From assembly GCA_951406725.2 (NCBI GenBank), contig OX597822.1, forward strand, positions 99,324,001 through 99,388,000: a stretch of 64,000 nt of DNA, in the 5' to 3' direction. The position numbers were made by a program, and so were the translations under genes. The notes under the pieces were generated by a model. It had not been told where the DNA came from. It did no database searches and worked only from the letters and a program-made list of their open reading frames with translations. This document shows, one piece after another, positions 1 to 12,108 of this stretch; positions within the stretch are counted from its first letter, which is position 1, and every line of letters begins with the position of its first letter. The stretch is from Octopus vulgaris (taxonomy: Eukaryota).

Positions 1-3000
1 AATTGCTTTGTATTTGTTTCAGCTCTACATTCTGAGTTCAAATCATGCAGGAGTCAACTCTGCCTTTCTCCAGAGAATGGCAAAATTTTAATGACTTCTC
101 ATGAGTCAATAAAATAAAGTAGCAATCATGTACAATGGTTAATAGAAGTGACTAAGACCAATCTAATCTCCTTGAAACTGCTCACCTTATACTTAACTTA
201 GAATGAATTACTGACCACTGAGCAGAATATGTGTTTGGCATGGTAGGTAAAGACTGATGGAATTCACACCTTTCTGAGGTCAATTTCATATCATACTCCT
301 AGGAAGCCAATAAAAAACATATGTAATTGGCAAGTTTGCTTCCAAGTCATATGGTTTTGGGTTCAGTCCCACCATGTGACACCTGGCATAAATAAGTGCC
401 TTCCATTATACTTCTAGGGTGGACCAAAGTCTTGTGAGTGGATCTGGTAGACAGAAACCGAAGGAAGCCCATCGTGTGAGTGTGTTTCTTTGCCTTGACA
501 GCACGTGATAGTTGTAAACAAGTGCCACTGTCATATAAGCAGTGTCATTCATTTCCAGTTTTCTGTGAAAACATTGTCTGGCCATGGGGGAAACATTACC
601 TTTCTTAAAAAAAAGTGAGGGTTAGTGACAAAAAGAGCATTTAGCCATAGAAAATTCATCTCAGCCAATTGTATCCCACCCATGCAAGCATAGAAAAGTG
701 GATGATGATGATGATGATGATGATGAAATTCAGACACAGTACATTTCTTTAAAACAAAAATTCCTGTACTTAAGATAGACACTATTAATTCAATAATGCG
801 TTTCTTTTGATTTGCTTTGTCAGAAATCTATATTAACACTTCAGTCACTTATGATGTTCCTCTTTTTCTTTTCTATCATTGCATGGCTTTAAGTACCTGT
901 GACCATTCCTTCTTTTCTTCCATTCCATTTAATGTTGTTACTTAAGTGACCACAAGAACACGTCATTCAAAATGAATGGAAAGACAACCAGAGGCAATTC
1001 TTGCTAAAACTATACACAGCACTGCCATCGTTATTCTAATGACTCATACTTCCGCAACATGAATAACTACACTTGTCTGCTCTACCTACCCACTTTTCTT
1101 TTAAACTAACATTTCCTTTCAATTCGTATAGGTGCTTCAAGCATTTTATACCCACCTACCTATCTATCTATCTATCAACCTATCTATCTATCTACCTATC
1201 TACTCATCTCTCTTTCACTTTATGTGTATATTTTATACATACACACACACACATATAATCACTGAATGTCCATTTTTCCATGCTGGCACGGTTCAAAGAG
1301 AATTTGTGGAGGTAGTTTTCTATGGTCGGTTGCCCTTCTAGTTGCCAAACCTCACTTGTTTCCAAGAAAGGCAATATTTCCCCATGACCAGACATACTTT
1401 CATAGAAGACTGGACACAAATAACACCATTTGCATGATGGTGACAATCGTATACAACCATCGTATGTTGTCAAGCCAAGGAAGCAAAAGCATACAAACAC
1501 ACACACATATTCTTTCAGTTTCTGTTTACCAACTCAACTAACAAGACTTTGTACAAAATAGGGCTTTAGTAGATGTTTGTCTAAAATGCCATGCTGTGGG
1601 ACTGAACATAAGACCATTAAGCTGGGAAGGGAACTTCATCCCACAGCCATATCTGTGCCTCCACTCTCCCTCGTTCTGTTTCCCACCTTCACCCTGGTTA
1701 CTGCTATTCTTTCTTTATACAACTCCTTAATGTTAAGAAACCTGTTCTGCTGGGGTCCCTTCTCTCATAATTCAACCTTTCATCTCTTAGCATGAAGCTG
1801 CCTCTTTCGAGGCTTATAGTCATGTAAGCTTTATGGTAACCTCACCAGTGCTGGCATCATGAACAAAACCATTCAGTACCCTATGTGAAATACTAGGAAG
1901 GGTATCCAACAGCAGAAACCATACCAAAGCAGATGGTGGAGCACAATGCAGTCCTCAGACCCATCAGATCCTGTAAAACCAAGGTGCCAAGCTGGCAGAA
2001 ATGTTAGCACGCAGGACGAAATGCTTAGCGGTATTTCGTCTGCTGCTACGTTCTGAGTTCAAATTCCGCCGAGGTCGACTTTGCCTTTCATCCTTTCGGG
2101 GTTGATTAAATAAGTACCAGTTACACACTGGGGTCGATATAATTGACTTAATCCATTTATCTGTCCTTGTTTGCCCTCTCTGTGTGTAGTCCCTTGTGGG
2201 CAGTAAAGAGATAAGATCCTGTCAAACCATGCAACTCATACTATCATGGAACATGAAGTTTAAAAGATGAAAATGATATGTGTGTGTTGGGGGGGGGGGG
2301 CAGACAAACACATCATCCTCATATATAATTATATCAATATATACTGAATAATATCAGCATCATCATTTATATATATGCATGTATGTTTTGGTTTTAACAA
2401 TTGTTTCATAAAAACAAGAGCATACACACACAGTTGTTTTGTGAATTATCAATATTGATCCAAAAAACAATGCTATGTAAAAATTTTTTTCTATAAATCA
2501 AATATATTTCATAAATCTAAAAAGTAACTGAAATTCCATTACTGATTTTACATCACTGTCCCTAATCCAATCAATTGTAATTTTAATGATTAATCTTCTG
2601 AAACTGCCAATAAATATGGGTGCTTGATTAATTGCAAACTGGGTGCTGCACTGTGGAAGTTGGTTGCTGCTGGTCGGCATATGAATTTCTCCGCAGTCAA
2701 TATTGTTTCCACTAAGTAAATTTGTCAGGAACAACAGATCAATTGTCATTTAAATTGGGCAGAAAATAAAGATGATAATTCAGTTCAGTCAAATCCAAAT
2801 ATTCGGTGACTATACCAGAATAAGGAGCTATTTCTAGCACTAGAGTTAACCACTTAACGGTAACTCTCTTATATTTACGTATAAATTTGTATTGTCTCCC
2901 TGGTTTTTTATGTGCTACGCCACTTGGTGTTAAACTGATGGTATTATTAAATTAATATCTAATTTTTCACCCTCATTTATGAATAGCTAATAGAAAGAAG

Positions 3001-4329
3001 GAACATCTACCTTTAGAAACAACTCAGAAAAAAACAAAAACAAATAACAATAGGACTGTGTTTAAATTTTGAGGCTCATGCTAATGTTATCACATAGAAC
3101 CAGTTGACCCCTTGGATACCCATAGTTTAATTAGAAACAAGCACCTAGTGTTTGTATGTGTGTGAGTGTGTGTATGAGCCAGTGACATTTATTTTACTCT
3201 CTCTCTCTATTTCTCCTTCTCCATCATGCACACATTGTTATCCATTAGCACTTTAATATAGATATCTTTACTACCCACAAGGGGCTAAACACAGAAGAGA
3301 CAAACAAGGACAGAGAGACAGATTAAGTCGATTACATCGACCCCCATTGCGTAACTGGTACTTAATTTATCAACCCCAAAAGGACGAAAGGTAAAGTCGA
3401 CCTTGGCGGAATTTGAACTCAGAACGCAACGGCAGACAAAATAATAGAAGATAATTCCACCAAGGTCAACTTGGCCTTTCAATCTTTTGGGGTTGATAAA
3501 ATAAGGATCAGTTGAGCAATGAGGTTGATGTAATCAACTTGCTGCCTCCCTCAAAATTGCTGGCCTTGTGCCAAAATTTGAAACCAATGTAACAGAAGGC
3601 AGATACATAGACAGACAGCTAGTTAGATAGATATATATAGAGAGAGGTGTGAGCGAGTGTATGCCAGTAGCACTAATTGGAATCTCTCTCTCTTTCACAC
3701 ATACTTTTACCATCCCCTTTGCAAAGCATGACAGATTAACATGATAGGTTGTTTATACCACGTTGCCAGAGCAGCCAACTGGCTTCTGTGCCAGTGGTAC
3801 GTAAAAGGGTACCATTCGAGTGTGATTGTTACCAACGTTGCCTTACTGGCACCTGTGCTGGTGGCATATGTAAAAAGATCGAGCGAGGTCGTTGCCAGTA
3901 TTGCCTGACTGGCCCTTGTGCCAGTGGCACGTAAAAAGCTCCCACTACACTCTCGGAGTGGTTGGTGTTAGGAAGGGCATCCAGCTGTAGAAACTCTGCC
4001 AAATCAAGATTGGAGCCTGGTGCAGCCATCTGGTTCGCCAGCCCTCAGTCAAAATCGTCCAACCCATGCTAGCATGGAAAGCGGACATTAAACGATGATG
4101 ATGATGATGATGATGAACCTATCATTAATACTATCATTATTATAATAGATTTTATTGAATCATAGGCCATTTCATTTCACTCTGAAGCAAAATCTTCAAC
4201 CATTCAGTTATTTTTGAAAAAGGAGCTTCCCTGCCTCTTCTTTGCCTTATTACAATGGAATACTGCTCTTCAGAAATCCCTGTTGCAACCTTAACTTTAG
4301 CTCCATACATTGTAGTCATATCTACTCCT

Positions 4330-5410
4330 GGACATGTGCTTCATTTTTAGTTGGCACAAGAACTGCAAGGCCATGTAATGCACTTTTATTTTGAATACAG
4401 CAAGGCAAAGTACTGCACTTATACTCAGAAAGAATACTGCACTTTTATTTGGAATAAATAGTGCAAGGCTTTGCAATACAGTTTTATTTATTCAGAAGAA
4501 ATACACAGGCGTAGGAGTGGCCCTGTGGTAAGTAGCTTGCTTACCAACCACATGGTTCCGGGTTCAGTCCCACTTCATGGCACCTTGGGCAAGTGTCTTC
4601 TACTATAGCCTCGGGCCGACTAAAGCCTTGTGAGTTTATTTGGTAGATGGAAACTGAAAGAAGCCTGTCATATATATGTATGTATGTGTGTGTGTATGTT
4701 TGTCTGTAATTACCCCCCCCCCCAACATCGCTTGACAACTGATGCTGGTGTGTTTACGTCCCTGTAACTTAGCGGTTCGGCAAAAGAGACCGATAGAATA
4801 AGTACTAGGCTTACAAAGAACAAGTCCTGGGTTCGACTTGCTCGACTAAAAGCCGGTGCTTCAGCACGGCCACAGTCAAATGACTGAAATAAGTAAAAGA
4901 GAGAAAAGAGAGGAGACCATGTACTGTATTTCCATTTAGAACAAATATGCAGACGTCATGCACTGCACTATTTGCAACAACCACTGCAAAGTTATGTACT
5001 GCACTTTTAATCAAAACAGAAACTGCAGAGCCATGTAATGCACTTTCATCATCATCATCATCATCATTTAGCGTCCGTTCACCATGCTAGCATGGGTTGG
5101 ACGGTTCAACTGGGGTCTGTGAAGCTGGAAGGCTTCATCAGGCCCAGTCAGATCTGGCAGTGTTTCTACGGCTGGATGCCCTTCCTAACGCCAACCACTT
5201 ACTACAAATACTGCAAGGCTATGAACTACACTTTTATTCAGAAGAAATAGTGTACTGCACATTTATTTGGGATGATTAAGGCCATGTATTGCACTTTTCT
5301 TCATAGCAAATACTGCATAGTAATACACTGTACTTTTATTCAGAACAATGCCGAAAGGCCAAGTTCTGTAGTATTTATTCAGAAGAAATCCCACAGGGCA
5401 TTTTATCGAA
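4330..5410. repeat. Degenerate ~39-bp minisatellite interrupted by a SINE and an RTE tail
   Basis: Recurrent unit close to AAATACTGCAAGGCCATGTACTGCACTTTTATTCAGAAG at 4330-4505, 4915-5046 and 5199-5410. Confidence 0.75.
4507..4910 (+). mobile_element. tRNA-derived SINE family A (representative copy)
   Basis: Head GGCGYAGGAGTGGCTGTGTGGTAAG...GGTTCAGTCCC (Pol III A/B boxes), internal (TA/TG)n, tail ...GACTGAAACAAGTAAAAGAG. Other + strand copies at about 12797-13270, 16341-16725, 18373-18742, 24102-24600, 35578-35970, 39858-40263 and 50693-51088. Confidence 0.88.
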
Positions 5411-6709
5411 CACACTAACCTCTAACAATTTCTGCTAATAGCATCTAGAGTAACAACACTGAAAATTAAATACTGCACAAAACAATGTTTTTATCTCATG
5501 TTTCATGAAGTTTGTATTTCAGAATGTAGGAAATATTCCTTAAACAAGAATTTACTGGTTTCTTCAATTGGCCTTTCTTTATGTCAAATATTATACAAAA
5601 TTCTTTATCAAATAGCATACTCCTGAGGGAACGTTTCACCCAATCAATGCAGTCCTATAATACACAAATTGCCAATTTAGCCATCTTTGGAGATAAAAGA
5701 AAAAGTAGACTAATAATAATAATAATCATCATCATCATTTAACGTCCGCTTTCCATGCTAGCATGGGTTGGACAGTTCAACTGGGGTCTGTGAAGTCAGA
5801 AGGCTGCTTCAGGCCCAGTCTGATCTGGCAGTGCTTCTACGGCTGGATGCCCTTCCTAACGCCAACCACTCCGTGAGTGTAGTGGGTGCTTATTACGTGC
5901 CACCCGCACAGGTGCCAGACGGAGCTGGCAGACGGCCACGGACGGATGGTGCTTTTTACGTGCCACCGGCACAGGGGCCAGGCGAGGCTGGCAATGGCAA
6001 CGAACGGATGGTGCTTTTTACGTGCCACCGTAATAATAACAATAATAGTAATAATAATAATCCTTTCTACTATAGGTACAAAGCCTGAAATTTGGGTTAG
6101 GGCAGTAATCGATTACATCGACCCCAGTGTGTAACTGGTACTTGATTTATTGACCCTGAAAGGATGAAAGGCAAAGCCAACCTCAGTGGAATTTGAACTC
6201 GGAACGTAGTGGCAGGCGAAATACTGCTAAGCATTTCGTCCAGTGTGTTAATGATTCTACCAGCTCACCAATCCTTTCTACTATAGGCACAAGGCCTGAA
6301 ATGCTGCTAAACATTTTGCCCAGCATGTTAATGATTCTGCCAGCTTGTTGCCTTAATAATAATAATAATAATAATGGTTTCAAATTTTGGCACAAGGCCA
6401 GAAAGTTCAGGGGGGAAGAGTCAAGGCAATCACATCTACCCCAGTGCTCAACTGGTACTTATTATAGCAACCCCAAGAGAATGAGAAGCAAAGTCGACCT
6501 CAGCAGAATTTGAACTCAGAATGTGAAGATGAACGAAATACTGCTAAGCATTTTGCCTGTCATGCTAACCATTCTGCCAGCTGACCAATGTTTGATACCC
6601 TTCTGTTTAGTAAAGGCAGGGTACCAGTTCAGAAATAGTAATTTTTTTAATTTTATCTAGTTTCAGCTTATGAGCTGTGGCCATGTTGGGGCACCGCCCC
6701 AAGAGAAAA

Positions 6710-7275
6710 ATTAAGCATTTGCTCTACATGGATGATCTGAAGCTTTTTGGTAAGAATGAAAAGTAGAGATAGATTCCTTAATACAGATTGCAAAACTCTT
6801 CATCAAAGATATAGGAATGGAATTTGACATAAATAAGTGTGCAATATTAGTCATGGGAAGGGGACAGGTGGTCAACAGTGAAGGCATCCAATTACCGAAT
6901 GGCCAGACATTAAAATCATTGAAAGGATAGAGTTATAAGTATCTAGGAGTATTACAATCTGACAGTGTACTAACTATAGAAATGAAAACGAAAACTGAGT
7001 AGGAGTACATCAGAAGGGTGAGGAAGCTAATGAAGTCAAAACTAAATTGTCTGAATCTAGTGAAGGCTGTAAATACTTGGGCAGTATCATTGCTTAGATA
7101 CTCAGCAGCTTTTTTAGATTGGACAAAAACTGAATTAGCAAAACTAGAGAAACGGACTAGGAAGGAATTCAATATGAATGGAAGAGTCCACCCAAGAGTA
7201 GAAGTAACAAGATTATATTTACATAGAAAGTAAGGTGAAAGGGGGTTAGTATTAGTAGAAGACTACGTGAAGTGC
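6710..7275 (+). mobile_element. R4/Dong-type non-LTR retrotransposon, reverse transcriptase fragment (pseudogenised)
   Basis: Translates HLLYMDDLKLF...IGMEFDINKCA...YKYLGV...AVNTWAVSLLRYS...HPRVEVTRLYLHRK*GERGL, with stops and frameshifts. Confidence 0.85.
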
Positions 7276-7277
7276 AT

Positions 7278-7325
<48 letters not shown>

Positions 7326-7585
7326 ATTTCATTTCTACATTCATAATTAAAATTACTGGAAAAATTAACTTCTAACTGACTAGTTCAGCTTTTAACAGTT
7401 TTGAACATAGCTTTATATCAAATAATACACAAGAAATTTATCACAGTATTATAATGACATATAACAAATTATATGACACAATAATAACATATAAATGATA
7501 TCATATAGTAGTATATTACAAACTATATAATTATGATAATATATAAATTATATCATATAGTAATATATTATAACCTATGTAATTA

Positions 7586-7688
7586 TGAAGTATATTTTCC
7601 ACTTAAATGTGGCTAACCCTTAAGGGTGGATGCTGCTATAAGTGTGATGCTTAAGGATTAGCCACATTTAAGTGGCAAATATACTTCA
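7586..7688. repeat. Near-perfect inverted repeat (39-bp arms, 25-nt loop)
   Basis: 7586-7624 versus the reverse complement of 7650-7688 shows 2 mismatches. Confidence 0.85.
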
Positions 7689-8085
7689 CGATGTCTTGCA
7701 GCTACTGTTTATACCTCGCTCAGAAATTTATTATATGTAATTATGATATATAAACTATATCAGATACATATATTATAGGATTATATAAAATATAACTAAT
7801 TACATCAAATATTAAAAATCTAAATTATTACAAAACAAAAAAAGCATTTATTTAGAAGATATGAAACAAAAGATTGCAATAACAACAGCAACAACAATAT
7901 GAAATAGTTATGAAATCTCCATTGGTCAGAAAGACATTCAAAAGAAATAAAGGAATGGTCAACAACAAAGAACTCAATGCAACCAAGTTGTCTCTGAGAG
8001 AAGAGGAAATGCTGTCCTCCCCGTCACAGAAAAGACAACACAACTAAAACAAAACAAGTATGAAAGGAAAGAAGTGTAAACATAC

Positions 8086-8149
8086 CCTTTAATAATGCAG
8101 TCAAAATAGCTAAATCCATATCTGCCTCCCCTAATCTGAAAACGGTAAT
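8086..8149 (-). CDS. TRPM3: TRPM1/3-like channel, internal exon F
   Basis: 64 nt, bounded by ttctgttgcAG and GTatgt, phase 0 to 1. Translates ITVFRLGEADMDLAILTALLK(G), matching TRPM ITVFR...DIDLAILTALLKG. The next exon (expected LALAWNRVDIA-like) was not found in 1-8085. Confidence 0.94.
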
Positions 8150-8444
8150 CTGCAACAGAAAAAAAAAAAGGAACACAGTCATTATAAAAAGAAATACATA
8201 TAGTGACAGCTGTGGTCAAGGTATAAAACTGTTCTTTGCATCTGGGATTTTCTTTCAGAGACATTAAAGAGATATATTTGAAAGAGTTTTGGATTTTACA
8301 GTGTTCAGATTTAGTGACTTATGTAGAACTTATCATTTTAGTTTTGCTTGGGTATAATTTCTACAAAATCTTGGAAAACACTTTTGATACTGCCTCTTGT
8401 TCTATGACACAAACAACCTGTTTTAAAGTAAACTAAATTAAAAC

Positions 8445-8758
8445 TATGGAGATGAACTTGCATAGCAAGTGACCTGATCTGAGATCGTGTGCTGGAATGA
8501 AAACAATTGCAGCGTGGAAGGTGTTTACAAGCCATTTAAGAAACACACAAAAACCATTAAATTCACTTCAACATTTAAATTTAATTTGCCAAAATATTTT
8601 CGTCACATTGAGACCGCAACCTGTTCACTGACAAAATTCTGTGCTGCATATGGAATTTTGTCAGTGAACTGGTCGCGGTCTCAAAGCCATGAAAATATTT
8701 TGGCAAATGAAATTTAAATGTTGAAGTGAATCTAACGGTTTTTGTGCGTTTCTTAAAT
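8445..8758. mobile_element. Inverted-repeat cassette, probable Penelope-like element remnant
   Basis: Arms of ~105 bp (8534-8639 and 8653-8758). An 11-bp direct repeat TAAATTAAAAC at 8434-8444 and 8754-8764 is a likely TSD. Contains the hammerhead-like motif and is inserted inside a degenerate MITE. Confidence 0.6.
8585..8635 (-). ncRNA. Minimal type I hammerhead-ribozyme-like motif, G3:C8 core variant
   Basis: Minus strand reads UUUGUCA-GUGAACA-G-GUUGC(9 nt)GUGAC-GAAA-AUAU-UU-UGGCAAA. This gives a 7-bp stem I, 5-bp stem II and palindromic stem III (AAUAUU). The core has a compensatory C3G/G8C swap. Confidence 0.55.
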
Positions 8759-10010
8759 TAAAACCTTAAATCAAAATTTCATGCTACTTTTTTTTCCCAA
8801 ACACTAGCTTAACAATGACAAAGGCATTTTACTAAATGTGGGAAATCATGGGAAAACTCAAGCAAATATGGTAACAAAAAGGTCTGGGTTTCATTCAGAA
8901 ATGACATCAGTCTCTTTTTCCGAACTACTAAGTTATAGGGGTGTAAACAACCCATCAACTAGTTGTCAAATGGTAGAGGAGAGACAAACACAGTTACAGA
9001 CACACACACATATGATTGGCCTCTGCAGTTTCCATCAACCAAATTCATTCACAAGGTTTTGGTTGGTCTATTGGTTGTAGTAGAAAACACTTGCACAAGG
9101 TACTTTGCAGTGGGACAGCAACCACATGTGATACCACATGATTGCAAAGCAAGCTTCTTAATGACACCACATGGATGCAAAGCAAGCTTTGCCTGTGCTT
9201 ATAAAAAAATATATATATATTTTATTCTACTTGCCTTCAAAAATAAAGAACTAGAGGACAATTTTATAACAAGGGATGTAAACTTAATGTTGACATTTTT
9301 TTCACCTATCCTGTATCATTTCTTCTTTAGAATTATTGAAGTCATAGACGATGCAGTTAGCAAAAGGCACTTCTTGTTCACACTTTCCATGCTTTCATGC
9401 TTCCTACATGGTTCAATGCCCTTCTTATAACCAATCACTTTACAGGGTGTACTGCTTGTACTTTATCACACCACCAGCTCTAGAGGGCTGTCTTGTATGT
9501 GGAACACTAAAGGACTCTTTCTGCTTTGTATCAGTTCTTAACAGCCCTGCAATGTGGCTCAGAGTCCACACCTTGCATATAATTTCCAATTTTGGCATGT
9601 CCATATGTTTTACAAACTAATATGGCTATGGTAAGTATGTTATTGAAGCACTGTTTTCTAGCTGGATGCCTTTCCTGTCAATAACCATCACCTGTTTTCC
9701 AAGTAAGGGCTCACTTATTTCACATGAACAAAGCAAATGATTTGTTAACAGAAGTGACTATAACAACCCTGCTCATAGTTCTTTGACTTTCATAGAGGGC
9801 AAATTTTACAAAAAAAAACCCCAGAACAAACACACATATGTACAGATATATATATATACACATATACATACACTGGAATAATCAGAAAACTGAAGCCAAT
9901 GTTTTGAATAGATTTAATATGCATATTTTAAGCTGTTACACAAGATAATCATTATGTAATACTGCTACCTTCAGGTGATATTTCAAAATATACACAACTG
10001 CACATACACA

Positions 10011-10011
10011 C

Positions 10012-10103
<92 letters not shown>
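10011..10103. repeat. Compound (CT)n(TA)n(GA)n microsatellite, one of many simple repeats in the window
   Basis: Directly visible. Similar tracts at 7279-7322, 12960-13045, 22690-22865, 48767-48845 and 49723-50058. Confidence 0.95.
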
Positions 10104-10105
<2 letters not shown>

Positions 10106-10331
10106 CGGCGAGCTGGCAGAAACGTTAGCACGCCGGGCGAAATACGTAGCCGTATTCCGTCTGTGGTTACGTTCTGAGTTCAAATTCCGCCGAGGTCGAC
10201 TTTGCCCTTCATCCTTTCGGGGTCGATAAATTAAGTACCAGTTACGCACTGGAGTCGATGTAATCGACTTAATCCGTTTGTTTGTCCTTGTTTGTCCCCT
10301 CTGTGTTTGGCCCCTTGTGAGTAGTAAAGAA
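10104..10331 (+). mobile_element. tRNA-derived SINE family B (representative copy)
   Basis: GCGGCGAGCTGGCAGAAACGTTAGC...GAGTTCAAATTCCGCCGAGGTCGAC...CCCCTTGTG.G.AGTAAAGAAA. Other copies at about 1982-2213, 3266-3440(-), 6060-6590(-, cluster), 17552-17760, 28830-29020(-), 42003-42420 and 63391-63622. Confidence 0.86.
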
Positions 10332-11394
10332 AAATATATATATATATATATATATTTACACACACATATACATATATACACACACATACATACACACACA
10401 TACATATACACACACATACATATATATACACACACACACATACATATATGTGTATGTGTGTGTGTGGTGGGTTTCTTTCAGCTTCCTTCAAGTAGATACA
10501 TTTTCAAGACTTTAGTTGAACAGAGGCGATGACAGATGACACAAGCCCAAAGTGCTGCCTAAGTGAGACTGAACCTGAAACCATGCAGCTGAGAAACAGA
10601 CTTCTTAACCACATGGCTGTCCCTCCATCTCAAACCTATGTATGTATGGAAATTAGTTTCTCTGATAAATTCTATCAAAATTTCAAGGTTAACTCTTCTT
10701 AGAAGTTAGATAATGTTCTATAAAAAGAACTACAGGAATTTATCATGAAAAGTTTAACTTTCGTGTTTACTGAAGCTTTTATTAACACCGGAGATACGAA
10801 CACAGAAAAAATTAAAAATTCCATTATGAAATAAGGCACTCTTTTATGTGGTGCTATATTTTTAATATAAATAAAATAAAAATTAGAATTAAAAAAGGAG
10901 ACATAGGCAGATTACATAATATAAAAGAGTGGTTCAGAGCATTATGCAACAAAAGAAGAGATGATGATGGTGATGGTGATGATGACGATGACAAGAATGG
11001 TGACAGAGAAGAGGAAGAAACTAATATTGATCTGTAATTATGGTTTTGCAAAGAGGAAAACTAATATATCATATTAAAAAGGTGTGGGGGGTGGAACTGC
11101 TGGAGAAAATTTTGGTTGGATCAATTATCCAATCCACGCCAGAATGGGGAAAAATAAGGAAATTATTATCATTAGTATTTGTTGCTGTATTATTATTATT
11201 ATTATAATTTTAGAGATGAAGATTAATTCCTGTCCACACATGTTACTGTTCTCAATGTGTGCACACTATCGGAATAAAAGCATTTAGTTTTAACAGTGTG
11301 TAATAAATGCAAAATTTTGTTGCCTAGTTTTTATGAATTGATATTTAAATGTATCCCTCTCCAGCCAACCATATGTACATACACACACACACAC

Positions 11395-11467
<73 letters not shown>

Positions 11468-11809
11468 CACACACACACACGAGTCACCAAGACTACTAAG
11501 TGCTTTACAGGTGTGAAACCAATAGTTACTCTATGACCACCCATAACATTTAACTTCCTAATGTGTGTGTATGGCCAATGCCAGCGCCGCCCTGACTAGC
11601 TTCTGTGCTAGTGACACGTAAAAAGTACCCACTACACTCGTGGATTGGTTGGCGTTAGGAAGGGCATCCAGTTGTAGAAACACTGCCAGATCAGACTGGA
11701 GCCTGGTGCAGCCTCCTGGCTTCCCAGACCCCGATCGAACCATCCAACCCATGCTAGCACGGCAAATGGACGTTAAATGATGATGTATCAAATGGTGTAG
11801 CAATTGCAT

Positions 11810-11902
11810 GCGGCTGTAGAGGGCTTTTGAACCATCTGTTATGTCGATTATACATTGATGTAAGAATAAGTTGTTTTATAAAGCTCGAAACATGTGTACC
11901 GC
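11810..11902 (+). ncRNA. Degenerate type I hammerhead-like motif (Penelope-like remnant)
   Basis: GCGG-CUGUAGA-GGGCUU(long loop)AAGCUC-GAAA-CAUGUG-UA-CCGC. Stems I and II pair. The core carries an A6U change. Confidence 0.55.
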
Positions 11903-12108
11903 GACATCCTTTGTGTCCTGTTTTTCATTTTATTTAATTTGATACATATATCCTCTCAGCTCTGCTACTAGCTGGCATATACAGGTGCTTACATTTATCA
12001 AGTACTCACCCTGAATTTATTGTACCTACCTCACCTATGTATATATATATATATATGTATATATGCTAGCATGGAGAACGGACGCTAAATGATGATGATG
12101 ATGATGTA

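Noticed and set aside
2498-2749. 83-aa minus-strand ORF as the next TRPM exon
   Set aside because: No resemblance to the expected QLSLALAWNRVDIA segment and no convincing splice sites.
4507-4585. tRNA gene calls for SINE heads
   Set aside because: A and B boxes are present, but there is no complete cloverleaf and each is followed by a SINE body.
4330-5410. CRISPR-like array
   Set aside because: Eukaryotic intron with degenerate contiguous units, no unique spacers and no cas genes.
3749-6134. Recurring ORFs with LQLDALPNANHS / GAFYVPPAQ
   Set aside because: Antisense translations of the multi-copy RTE 3' UTR.
9975-10532. ORFs with [12 protein letters not shown] runs (also 22592-23123, 48717-49020, 49735-50100, 59769-60045)
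   Set aside because: These are translations of (TA)n/(CA)n microsatellites, not genes.
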